Below are positions 27,580 through 36,673 of a stretch of 48,310 nt of DNA, in pieces (position 1 is the first letter of the stretch; each line of letters begins with the position of its first letter). Location: positions 1 to 48,310 of the forward strand of contig CAYSSH010000001.1 in the NCBI GenBank assembly GCA_964433705.1, read 5' to 3'. The notes below the pieces were generated by a model. That model did no database searches. It had not been told where the DNA came from and worked only from the letters and a program-made list of their open reading frames with translations. The stretch is from an uncultured Candidatus Saccharibacteria bacterium. GTDB lineage: Bacteria > Patescibacteriota > Saccharimonadia > Saccharimonadales > Saccharimonadaceae. A program made the translations under genes and the position numbers.

Positions 27580-29937
27580 ATGCCAAAAGTCATACATTTA
27601 TCAAATCTAATCAAAACAGTCAGAACTTATTCATTTCTTCATCTTCGCAGTCACTCATCTTTGTCCACTACCTCCACGTCCCTCTCTCGTGGAGGAGTGG
27701 CCGGTGGTATTGTAGGGCTTCTTGCTCTCACACTTACTCCTGCCACTATATATAATATATATAACGTTAGCTCTGCCTTTGCTGCAGACGCCTCAGATAC
27801 GAAATCCCTAGACTTCACCGTCATCAGCGAAAAATCTATTGACATCACTCTTTCTTCTAGTTCCGTTGCTCTCTCCATCCAACCTACCGCTGAAGGTAAG
27901 TTCGGACGTAGCTCTCTTGATGTTAATGTATCTACCAATAACACTACCGGCTATAATTTAACTATGCAGGCCAGTACCGATACTCTTACTAGAAGCACTC
28001 AGGTTAACAACACTACCTATACCATTACCCCCCTCTCTCAATCTATCACTTGTACCTCCGAAACCGCTTCTTCTTGTACTGGTTGGACTAGCTCCTATGC
28101 CAATAACCAATGGGGTTATCGTATAGATAATGGTACAACCTATACTTCCATGACTGGTGCCGTTTCTAACGCTGCTACTATTAAAACCACCTCTGCTTCC
28201 GCCAATACCAGTAGCACTACCGTCTATTTTGGCGCTAAACTAGACAATGCCATTCCCGTAGGCTCATACGAAGGAGTAACCTTAACTTTCATGGCCGTCA
28301 CTAATCCTATCGCCGCAATTAACGATATGACTTATCTCCAGGAATTTTATGGCCTAGATTCAGCCACCAAGAATAATATTTCCTCGTCCATGACTACCAA
28401 TGTCCCATATAAACTAGTAGATTCTCGTGACGGCACTATCTATAATATCGCCAAACTCGCAGACGGCAACATCTGGTTCCTAGATAACCTCCGCCTGGAC
28501 CTCACGAACAATACCGTTAAGACTAACCTCACTCCCACTACTACTAACGCTACAGATACCGCCCTTAACTGCCTTAAAAACGGTAATTGCTCAAGCCCAT
28601 ATTCTCTAACTGCAGTAAGTGGCACATGGGGTGACAATACTTTTACAGATGCACGTATCAATACTACCTACGCCACCACCATAAACTCAGACTCTTCCAA
28701 AAACTACGGTGACGGCTCTCACATGTATGGCGTTTATTATAACTTTTGTGCAGCCTCAGCTGGTTCATATTGCTACGCTGGGGGAGCATCTCCAGATGGC
28801 GTGAATGCTTCTGAAGATATCTGCCCCGCTGGTTGGCATATGCCTACCGCAGATTCATGGGGCGTCCTTAGGAACACTATTAACAGCAATACCGCTTCTA
28901 ACTCTGCTTCTATCCAAGCTAGGTTGTCCTTGCCACTCTCTGGCTACTTCAACAATGGGTCCGCGAACGGTCAGGGTTCGGGCGGCTTCTGGTGGTCTTC
29001 TACGTGGGGCGCTAGCTACGACGCTATGTCCTACTTCAACGCGACTGCTACGCTTACGAAGATGGACGTCATCTACCGTCGCTACCTCGGTTACTCGATG
29101 CGGTGTCTGATGCCTGGCCCGAAGACGATAGATGACGTTTCCACTCTCCAAGATTTTGCTTTGCTTTCCGCGGATGATAAACAGTTCTTTCTTGATAGTA
29201 TGACTGAGAACCAAGTCTACGAAAAGACCGATTCCCGCGATGGGCAGACCTACAAAATCGCCAAACTCGCAGACGGCAACATCTGGTTCCTAGATAACCT
29301 CCGCCTAGACCTCACGAAATCTTCCGTAAAATATACCATTTCTCCCGCTGACACGAACGCTAGCCAAACCGCCATTAACTGCCTAACGGGCAGAACTACG
29401 GGCTGTGCTTCACCATATACTACTGCTGCAGTAAGTGGCACATGGAGCAATGCTTATACAGGCGCACGTATCAATACTACCTATGCCACCACCATAGACT
29501 CAGACTCTTCCAAAAACTACGGTAACGGCTCCCATATATATGGCGTATATTATAACTACTGCGCCGCTTCAGCTGGTTCCTATTGCTACGCTTCTGGAGC
29601 AGGTACCGGTAACGCTTCCGAAGACATCTGCCCCGCTGGTTGGCGTATGCCTACCGGAGACGCTGATGGCGAATGGGGCGCCCTAGACTCGCTTATAAAC
29701 AACCGCACTGCTTCTGACTCCGCTTCTATCCAGGCTAGGTTGTCCTTGCCCCTCTCTGGCGGCTTCTACGATGGGTCGGCGAGCGAACAGGGTTTGGACG
29801 GCTACTGGTGGTCTTCTACGCGGAACTTTGGCGACCTCATGTACCGCTTCTACGCGGATACTACGAGTACGGATGCGACGAACAGCAACTTTCGCGACTA
29901 CGGTCTCTCGTTGCGCTGTCTGTTCTCGGCTTCGTAG
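27580..29937 (+). CDS. Secreted surface protein with two Fib_succ_major/FISUMP-like (CLec-fold) domains; probable DGR target
   Basis: Two copies of DSRDG..Y.IAKLADGNIWFLDNLRL...YGVYYN.CAASAG...DICPAGW.MPT...G.WWSST...G.S.RCL. Confidence 0.85.
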   Translation: MPKVIHLSNLIKTVRTYSFLHLRSHSSLSTTSTSLSRGGVAGGIVGLLALTLTPATIYNIYNVSSAFAADASDTKSLDFTVISEKSIDITLSSSSVALSIQPTAEGKFGRSSLDVNVSTNNTTGYNLTMQASTDTLTRSTQVNNTTYTITPLSQSITCTSETASSCTGWTSSYANNQWGYRIDNGTTYTSMTGAVSNAATIKTTSASANTSSTTVYFGAKLDNAIPVGSYEGVTLTFMAVTNPIAAINDMTYLQEFYGLDSATKNNISSSMTTNVPYKLVDSRDGTIYNIAKLADGNIWFLDNLRLDLTNNTVKTNLTPTTTNATDTALNCLKNGNCSSPYSLTAVSGTWGDNTFTDARINTTYATTINSDSSKNYGDGSHMYGVYYNFCAASAGSYCYAGGASPDGVNASEDICPAGWHMPTADSWGVLRNTINSNTASNSASIQARLSLPLSGYFNNGSANGQGSGGFWWSSTWGASYDAMSYFNATATLTKMDVIYRRYLGYSMRCLMPGPKTIDDVSTLQDFALLSADDKQFFLDSMTENQVYEKTDSRDGQTYKIAKLADGNIWFLDNLRLDLTKSSVKYTISPADTNASQTAINCLTGRTTGCASPYTTAAVSGTWSNAYTGARINTTYATTIDSDSSKNYGNGSHIYGVYYNYCAASAGSYCYASGAGTGNASEDICPAGWRMPTGDADGEWGALDSLINNRTASDSASIQARLSLPLSGGFYDGSASEQGLDGYWWSSTRNFGDLMYRFYADTTSTDATNSNFRDYGLSLRCLFSAS
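28939..29109 (+). repeat. Putative DGR variable region VR1 (internal domain)
   Basis: Differs from VR2 mostly at codon positions 1-2 of NNC/NNT codons. Confidence 0.65.
29755..29937 (+). repeat. Putative DGR variable region VR2 (3' end of gene)
   Basis: Same signature; at the gene 3' end and followed by a GC-rich tract with hairpins. Confidence 0.75.
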
Positions 29938-29993
29938 CCCCGTAGCGCCCGCGTCTTTACCGCGCTTCCTCGCGGTGCGTTCCCGGAGGGAGC
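29938..29993 (+). other. GC-rich tract with two hairpins (candidate IMH/homing stem-loops)
   Basis: ACCGCG-CTTCCT-CGCGGT (29959-29976) and GTTCCC-GGA-GGGAGC (29979-29993). Confidence 0.55.
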
Positions 29994-30656
29994 CTACAAC
30001 TCCCCCAGCTCCATCGCCTCTTCTACCTTATACCCCGCAATCTGCGTCCGCCTTAGCTCCGTCAGATATGCCCCAACTCCCAGCGCTTCGCCAATATCCT
30101 CCGCCAGCGTCCGAATATACGTCCCGCTCGATACATGACATGAAATTCTCACCTCCGGATAGTCATAGCCTAGAACCTCTAGACTATACACCTCAACTTC
30201 ACGCGTTGGCGTCGTAAACTCCTTGCCCGCCCGCGCCAACTTATACGCCCGCTCCCCGTTAATCTTCACCGCCGAAAACTGTGGCACTTTCTGTCGAATC
30301 TTCCCAGTAAACTTCCTAGCCGCCTCTTTCACCTCGTCCAGCGTCGGCACCCGCTCGCTCCGTTTTGTTAGCTCCCCCTCCGGATCTCCCGTCGTTGAGG
30401 TCGCCCCCAGCCGCATTGTCGCTATATAAACCTTATCCTTCTTCAAAAACTCCTCAGACCGCTTCGTCATCTTCCCAGTCAGCACAATCAAAAGCCCCGT
30501 CGCAAATGGGTCTAAAGTCCCTGTATGCCCCACTTTAACCTTATGCCCGAATTTCGCCTTCATCCACCCCCGTACTTTCGCCACCACCCCAAAAGACGAC
30601 ATTCCTGCCGGTTTGTCAATTAAAAAAATCTGATTTTCGTCTAAAATCTCTTTCAT
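29994..30656 (-). CDS. truB: tRNA pseudouridine(55) synthase
   Basis: IDKPAGMSS, KVGHTGTLDPFATG, SSGTYIRTL. Confidence 0.97.
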   Translation of the reverse strand: MKEILDENQIFLIDKPAGMSSFGVVAKVRGWMKAKFGHKVKVGHTGTLDPFATGLLIVLTGKMTKRSEEFLKKDKVYIATMRLGATSTTGDPEGELTKRSERVPTLDEVKEAARKFTGKIRQKVPQFSAVKINGERAYKLARAGKEFTTPTREVEVYSLEVLGYDYPEVRISCHVSSGTYIRTLAEDIGEALGVGAYLTELRRTQIAGYKVEEAMELGEL

Positions 30657-30697
30657 GGCTTGATTATATCACAAATCTGTGCTATAATGATACCACT

Positions 30698-30964
30698 ATG
30701 ATTACAAAAGAGAATAAAGACAAAGCTATTGCCAGCGTCGCTCGAAACAGCAAAGACGTTGGTTCTCCTGAAGTTCAAGTGGCTATTCTTACTGCTCGCA
30801 TCAAGGAAGTGACCGAGCATGTCAAGAATAATAAACATGACTTTATGGCGAAACGCGGCCTTATGCAGATGGTCGGGAAGCGCAAAAAACTTCTCAAATA
30901 TCTCGAAGCGACCGATTTCGACCTCTACAAAAAGACCGTAGCGAAACTCGGCCTCAGGAAATAG
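30698..30964 (+). CDS. rpsO: 30S ribosomal protein S15
   Basis: DVGSPEVQVAILT, RGLMQMVGKRKKLLKYL. Confidence 0.98.
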   Translation: MITKENKDKAIASVARNSKDVGSPEVQVAILTARIKEVTEHVKNNKHDFMAKRGLMQMVGKRKKLLKYLEATDFDLYKKTVAKLGLRK

Positions 30965-30967
30965 CAA

Positions 30968-30999
30968 GTAAAACCCCCACCTGGCTGGTGGGGGTTTAC
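30968..30999. terminator. Bidirectional terminator hairpin
   Basis: AAACCCCCACC-TGGCT-GGTGGGGGTTT between convergent genes. Confidence 0.75.
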
Positions 31000-31068
31000 C
31001 ACTCCGGGGGATTGGAGTGGGGGAAGTGGTAGCAACGGAACTCACAGAGCCCGGTAATTCCGAAAACG

Positions 31069-31542
31069 TTATTTGTCGTCTTCTTTTTTTCGGACTCTGA
31101 TCACTCGGAGAAAACTCTGTACCGCCGCTTTTGCCGCAGCGTTCCTGACCTCCTCCGTCTCGTTTTTCAGCTCCTCTTTAACTCTCAGATACGACTCGTA
31201 TCCACGAGGGTCTTCAAGGAACTTCTGTAGGATTTTCTCGAAATACGTCATTTCCTTCGGGAACGACTTAACGAATTTCGAGAAATGCTCCTCGGCGTCT
31301 GTATCGCTCGGATAGGAAAGATAAAACTTTCCCCGAACTGCGCCCGGCTCATCCACCATCGGGTCAAAGTACCCGACGACCGACAGACCAGACTTTTCGA
31401 ACACGCGCTTTCTAATAGTCGTCCAGATGACGACAAGGGGATTGTCGTGTGTGGTTAGTTTGAGTTCCAAACCTCGGATAATCAGCCTACCGATGTGAAA
31501 TTCATCGATATACTCATTGTACGAAATGCCAGAAGTATCCAT
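31069..31542 (-). CDS. Orphan hypothetical protein inserted between rpsO and pnp
   Basis: 157 aa, GAGGTG SD, own TTGACT-17-TATAAT promoter (31620-31592, minus strand). Confidence 0.75.
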   Translation of the reverse strand: MDTSGISYNEYIDEFHIGRLIIRGLELKLTTHDNPLVVIWTTIRKRVFEKSGLSVVGYFDPMVDEPGAVRGKFYLSYPSDTDAEEHFSKFVKSFPKEMTYFEKILQKFLEDPRGYESYLRVKEELKNETEEVRNAAAKAAVQSFLRVIRVRKKEDDK

Positions 31543-31808
31543 CGTATCACCTCATAAAATGTTCTAGGCTAAAAAGCCCTATCTTCCCTCTATTATAGCA
31601 CACTTTACTAAAAAAGTCAAGTATTTTTCCGAAAAATCGCCCCAAATCCGCCTAGTTGTGATATAATTGTAGTAGTAATCATTAAACATTAGAGAAGACG
31701 GCAGATACGAACCCCTGAAAACCCATAAAAATCGCTCCGCCCCTAGATTTTACCAAATTCTCCCTCAGAGGCTCATACCTGAAGTTTTCTCTAAGAAAGG
31801 ACATTTTT

Positions 31809-33980
31809 ATGGAGATTATTAATCCAAACGGCAAAAAGACTACCTCTGTTTCTACAGAGTGGCTTGGCCGTACTCTGACGATTGAGGTTAATCGTGTCGG
31901 TTTTCGCACTACTTCATCAGTACTCGTAACCTACGGTGATACCGTAGTTTTAGGCTCGGTGGTAGTGTCAAAAAACCCCGTTACGCAGGACTTTTTCCCG
32001 CTTTCTATTGACTACGAAGAAAAGTTTTATGCCGCCGGCAAGATTTCCAGCTCCCGTTTTATCAAACGCGAAGGTAAACCTGCCGACGAAGCTGTTTTGG
32101 TCGGTCGCCTAATTGACCGCCCAATTCGCCCGCTCTTCCCGAAGGGCTACCGTCAAGAAGTTCAGGTCGTCTGCACCGTTCTCTCTATGGACCCCAGCTT
32201 CCGCCCGGATTGTGTTGCCATGATCGCCGCATCTAGCGCTCTCATGAATGCTGGCGTGCCGTTTGATGGTCCGGTTGCTGGCATCCGGATCGGACGTATC
32301 GGTGGCGAATTTAAGGGGTTTTTAAGCCCCGAAGAGCGCAATCTGTCGCCGCTCGACTTGGTTGTAGCCTGTAAAGATGGCAAAGTGATGATGGTGGAAG
32401 CCGGCGCCAATGAAGTTCCAGAAGAAACTATTATTGAAGCAATGCATTGGGCGGTTTCTAACGTCCAGCCGGTTTTAGATTTACAGCTTGAATTAAGGGA
32501 TATTGTCGCCCCGACTGAGCTTCCTTACGAACTTGTTTTGCCAAAAGATGAGATTTTACTCGAAGTTAACGAATGGTCTGCCGGTAAGCTCGCCGTTCGT
32601 GGCAATGTTTTAGAGCGCAAAGCCTTGCTTGATGAACTTGAAGAAACTATGCACTCTGAAATGGCTTTAAAGCATGGCGAAGGTGACACCGACGACGAAA
32701 AAATCGCTTTCTACGAAGCAAATCTGAAAGCTGAATACGCTCAAGCCTTTGAGCTCGCTACTCATGCCGAGGTGCGACGGGGAATTATCCATGATGGCGA
32801 GCGCCCAGATGGTCGTAAACTTACCGAAGTCCGACCGCTAAGCTCTCAGGTTGGTATTTTGCCTCGGGTTCATGGCTCCTCTCTCTTTACGCGTGGTTTA
32901 ACCCAAGCGATGAATATTGTCACCCTCGCTCCGCTCTCTTATTCGCAAGAAGTGGATACCATGGAAGTTACCGATGGTCATCGTCGCTACATGCATCATT
33001 ACAACGCTCCGTCTTATACAGTTGGCGAATGTGGGCGCATGGGTTCCCCTGGTCGTCGCGAGATTGGGCATGGTTATCTCGCCGAACGCGCCCTTATCCC
33101 AGTCCTGCCATCCGAAGAGGATTTTCCATATGCTATCCGTAGCGTGACCGAAATTATGTCGCAAAACGGCTCGACCTCAATGGCGGCCACTTGCTCGTCA
33201 TGTATGGCTTTGATGGACGCTGGCGTGCCTTTAAAACGCCCAGTTTCCGGCGTTGCGATGGGACTAATGGTTGATGTTGAAAAGGGTCAGCCGGTCGAGG
33301 CCTCAGATATTGATAAAGCCTATGTCCTGACAGATTTGATGGATGCAGAAGACTTCGCTGGTGATATGGACTTCAAGGTTACCGGTACGACTGAAGGTAT
33401 TACCGCGCTTCAGATGGATATGAAAGTTCATGGCCTTCCAGTAGAAATCCTTGAAAAAGCCATTAAACAAAGTCACGACGGACGGATGTTTATTTTGGAT
33501 CATCTTACCAGCGTCATCTCTGCACCAAAAACTAAAATTTCCGATTTTGCGCCACGCATCGAAAAAATCCAAATCTCGAAAGATAAAATTGGCACCATTA
33601 TCGGCAAAGGTGGCGAAACTATTAACAAAATCACCTCTGAAACGGGCGCCGAGGTCAATATTGACGAATCTGGCCTCGTTACCGTATCCGGAACCGACGC
33701 TGCTAAAATCAATGCCGCAGTCGATTGGATTAAATCCTTAGTCGAGGAGCCAGAAGTTGGTAAGATCTACGAGGGGACGGTTGTTGCGATTAAAGATTTT
33801 GGCGCTTTCGTCAATGTTCTTCCAGGTACCGATGGTATGCTTCATATCTCGCAAATCGTAGAAGGCAAGCGCCTTAAAAAGGTCGAAGACGCTCTTTCTC
33901 TCGGCCAAAAGGTGAAAGTCAAACTTGTCGCTATCGAAAAAGGCAAACTCAGCCTCTCAATGCTTGGCGTTGAGCAATAA
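31809..33980 (+). CDS. pnp: Polyribonucleotide nucleotidyltransferase
   Basis: FFPLSIDYEEK, RLIDRPIRPLFP, RREIGHG, GDMDFKVTGT, KH and S1 domains. Confidence 0.98.
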   Translation: MEIINPNGKKTTSVSTEWLGRTLTIEVNRVGFRTTSSVLVTYGDTVVLGSVVVSKNPVTQDFFPLSIDYEEKFYAAGKISSSRFIKREGKPADEAVLVGRLIDRPIRPLFPKGYRQEVQVVCTVLSMDPSFRPDCVAMIAASSALMNAGVPFDGPVAGIRIGRIGGEFKGFLSPEERNLSPLDLVVACKDGKVMMVEAGANEVPEETIIEAMHWAVSNVQPVLDLQLELRDIVAPTELPYELVLPKDEILLEVNEWSAGKLAVRGNVLERKALLDELEETMHSEMALKHGEGDTDDEKIAFYEANLKAEYAQAFELATHAEVRRGIIHDGERPDGRKLTEVRPLSSQVGILPRVHGSSLFTRGLTQAMNIVTLAPLSYSQEVDTMEVTDGHRRYMHHYNAPSYTVGECGRMGSPGRREIGHGYLAERALIPVLPSEEDFPYAIRSVTEIMSQNGSTSMAATCSSCMALMDAGVPLKRPVSGVAMGLMVDVEKGQPVEASDIDKAYVLTDLMDAEDFAGDMDFKVTGTTEGITALQMDMKVHGLPVEILEKAIKQSHDGRMFILDHLTSVISAPKTKISDFAPRIEKIQISKDKIGTIIGKGGETINKITSETGAEVNIDESGLVTVSGTDAAKINAAVDWIKSLVEEPEVGKIYEGTVVAIKDFGAFVNVLPGTDGMLHISQIVEGKRLKKVEDALSLGQKVKVKLVAIEKGKLSLSMLGVEQ

Positions 33981-34000
33981 AATATGGTATAATATAGTGA

Positions 34001-35782
34001 ATGGAAAAAATCCGAAATTTTTGTATTATTGCGCATATTGACCATGGCAAATCGACCATCGCTGACCGGATGATGGAAATTACAGGTACAGTTGAAAAAC
34101 GTGAAATGAAAGCGCAGCTTCTTGATTCAATGGAGCTGGAACGTGAAAAGGGAATTACGATTAAACTGACGCCGGTCACAATGCAATGGAAAGGCTACAC
34201 GCTGAACTTGATTGACACTCCAGGCCACGTAGATTTTTCATACGAAGTTTCTCGCAGTTTACAAGCAGTTGAAGCCGCAGTTTTAGTGGTTGACGCAACC
34301 CAAGGGATTCAGGCACAAACTTTAGCAAACGTTTATCTTGCGCTCGAACAAGACCTGACGATTATCCCAGTAGTTAATAAAGTAGATCTCCCGGCGGCAG
34401 ACGTTGAGGGAACTGCGGCGCAAATTATGAATTTACTCGGATGCGCGCGTGAGGAAATCATTGAAGTTTCTGGAAAAACCGGGCAAAATATTGATAAGAT
34501 TCTAGACGCCGTTGTGGCGACTAAACCCGCTCTTACTGCGTTGGAACCTAAAAACCCGGCCTTTACCAAAGCGCTTATCTTCGATTCCTACTTCGATGAC
34601 TATCGCGGTGTGGTGTTGTATGTGCGCATCTTTGAAGGTGAAATCCCCAAAAACTCAGAGATTTTGATGATGGCGGCCGGCGCAAAGGGCTTGGCGCTCG
34701 AAGTTGGGGTTTTGACCCCGAAAATGTCGCCGCGCGACAAATTGTCTAGTGGCGAAATTGGTTACATTGTGACAAATTTAAAAACTACGCGCGAAGCAAA
34801 AGTCGGCGATACGGTAACCTTGACTAAAAATCCAGCAAGCGAGCCGCTCCCTGGATACAAAAATGTCTTGCCTTTTGTGTACGCAGGATTTTTTCCAGTC
34901 TCGAACGACCAATATAAAGAGCTTAAAGAAGCGATTGAAAAATTGGCGCTTTCTGATTCTGCCTTAAAATATGAGCCGGAAAATTCACCAGTCTTAGGCT
35001 TTGGTCTTCGCATTGGTTTTTTGGGTCTTCTTCATATGGATATCATCCGCGAGCGTTTAGAGCGGGAATTTAATCTTGATTTAATTGTCACCAACCCATC
35101 TACGAATTATGAGGTTATTATGAATAATGGTAAAGTCATCGAAATTAAATCCGCAGCAGATTTGCCAGATATGAGCGAAATTAAAGAAATACGCGAGCCT
35201 TGGGTTAAGGGTGAGATAATTTTGCCAAAACCAATGATTGGCCCGGTCCTAGACTTAATTAATAGAAAACGTGGGCATCAGACCAATCTATCCTATATTG
35301 AGGAGCGGGCAATCATTGATTTTAAGGCGCCGATGGCAAACCTTTTGACCGATTTTTATGACCAGCTCAAATCTGCGACGTCAGGTTACGCTTCGTTTAA
35401 TTACGAATTAAATGGATACAGAGCCGAAGATTTGGTGAGGGTGGATTTCTTGGTTGGTGGACATAAAATTGACGCTTTGTCAATAATGTGTCATAAAACA
35501 GAAGCGGATGCGATTGGTCGTGAAACCGTCAAGAAGTTAAAAGAGGTTATTCCGCGCCAAAACTACGAAGTGGCGTTACAGGCGGCAATTGGCGCCAGAA
35601 TTATCGCACGCGAAACGATTGGCGCTTATCGTAAAGATGTGACGGTGAAAATTCATACGGGCGACCGAGACAGAAAAGCAAAATTGCTCGATAAACAAAA
35701 ACGTGGCAAAGCGCGGATGAAACGATTCGGCAAAATTGACATTCCGTCCGAAGCCTTTACTGTTATGCTAAAACGCGACTAA
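34001..35782 (+). CDS. lepA: Elongation factor 4
   Basis: IRNFCIIAHIDHGKST, LIDTPGHVDF, GFLGLLHMDII. Confidence 0.98.
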   Translation: MEKIRNFCIIAHIDHGKSTIADRMMEITGTVEKREMKAQLLDSMELEREKGITIKLTPVTMQWKGYTLNLIDTPGHVDFSYEVSRSLQAVEAAVLVVDATQGIQAQTLANVYLALEQDLTIIPVVNKVDLPAADVEGTAAQIMNLLGCAREEIIEVSGKTGQNIDKILDAVVATKPALTALEPKNPAFTKALIFDSYFDDYRGVVLYVRIFEGEIPKNSEILMMAAGAKGLALEVGVLTPKMSPRDKLSSGEIGYIVTNLKTTREAKVGDTVTLTKNPASEPLPGYKNVLPFVYAGFFPVSNDQYKELKEAIEKLALSDSALKYEPENSPVLGFGLRIGFLGLLHMDIIRERLEREFNLDLIVTNPSTNYEVIMNNGKVIEIKSAADLPDMSEIKEIREPWVKGEIILPKPMIGPVLDLINRKRGHQTNLSYIEERAIIDFKAPMANLLTDFYDQLKSATSGYASFNYELNGYRAEDLVRVDFLVGGHKIDALSIMCHKTEADAIGRETVKKLKEVIPRQNYEVALQAAIGARIIARETIGAYRKDVTVKIHTGDRDRKAKLLDKQKRGKARMKRFGKIDIPSEAFTVMLKRD

Positions 35783-35858
35783 TTTTCGCCTAAATTCTAT
35801 TCAAAATCTCCAAACTGTGCTATAATAAAACAAAGCATAAGCAGGAAAAATAATTTTT

Positions 35859-36671
35859 ATGGAACCAAACCAAAACCTAAACCCACAAATGCCAACTCAA
35901 CCAAACGCAGGTACGCCGCCAGTCAATCCGATGCCTACCCAGATGGCCCAATCGGCAACTCAGCCAACCGCTGCTGCGCCATCCCAACCAACCCAGCCGG
36001 TGCCCGCCCCTGCTTCTCCTGAGCAACAGATTGCTGCCGAATTGGAGCAAGCTGCCGCCGAGGATATGGCGAAAGCCGCGGCAATGAAGGAGGCTGCGGA
36101 AAAGGAAGCTGCGCTTGAAGCTGCTAAACCAAAGCAAAGCAAAGGTATGGTAGCTGGTCTTGTGATTGCTTGTCTTGTTGCTGTTGCAGGTATTGGTTTT
36201 GGTGCCTATTCCATGATTTCAAGTAGCCAGAATATTGATAGCCTTAATAAACAGATTACGACCTTAAAAAACACCAACAGCAATCTCGAAAGCCAAGTTG
36301 CTGATATGCCAGAGCTAACCGGTGAAGAAGCGTTGTCGCTTCTAAGCAACGCTGCTCTTTCCACCAACGCCGGCTATAAAATCGCTTTTGCGAACGTCTA
36401 TGCTGTCTATACCGGTAGCGAAGATGACGAAGAAGATGTTACCGCCTATTGGGTGAAATACTTACCAGTCGAAATGACCGAAGGTTCTACTTCCGCTGAC
36501 AATATCATTTTCACTTTAAACGATGAGGGTGAATGGGACTTTACTTTGCCTGGTTTCGTAACTTACGACTCAACCTTTACTGCTAACTACGAGCTATTGA
36601 ACGGCGAAAAAGTTCCTGCGAATGTTGTCAACTCAACCGAAACCGTTGTTGAAGAAGTTGTTGAAGAGTAA
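35859..36671 (+). CDS. Single-pass membrane protein (Pro/Gln-rich N-terminus, TM, coiled coil, acidic domain)
   Basis: TM VIACLVAVAGIGFGAYSMI resembles that of ORF 109-768. Confidence 0.8.
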   Translation: MEPNQNLNPQMPTQPNAGTPPVNPMPTQMAQSATQPTAAAPSQPTQPVPAPASPEQQIAAELEQAAAEDMAKAAAMKEAAEKEAALEAAKPKQSKGMVAGLVIACLVAVAGIGFGAYSMISSSQNIDSLNKQITTLKNTNSNLESQVADMPELTGEEALSLLSNAALSTNAGYKIAFANVYAVYTGSEDDEEDVTAYWVKYLPVEMTEGSTSADNIIFTLNDEGEWDFTLPGFVTYDSTFTANYELLNGEKVPANVVNSTETVVEEVVEE

Positions 36672-36673
36672 TT

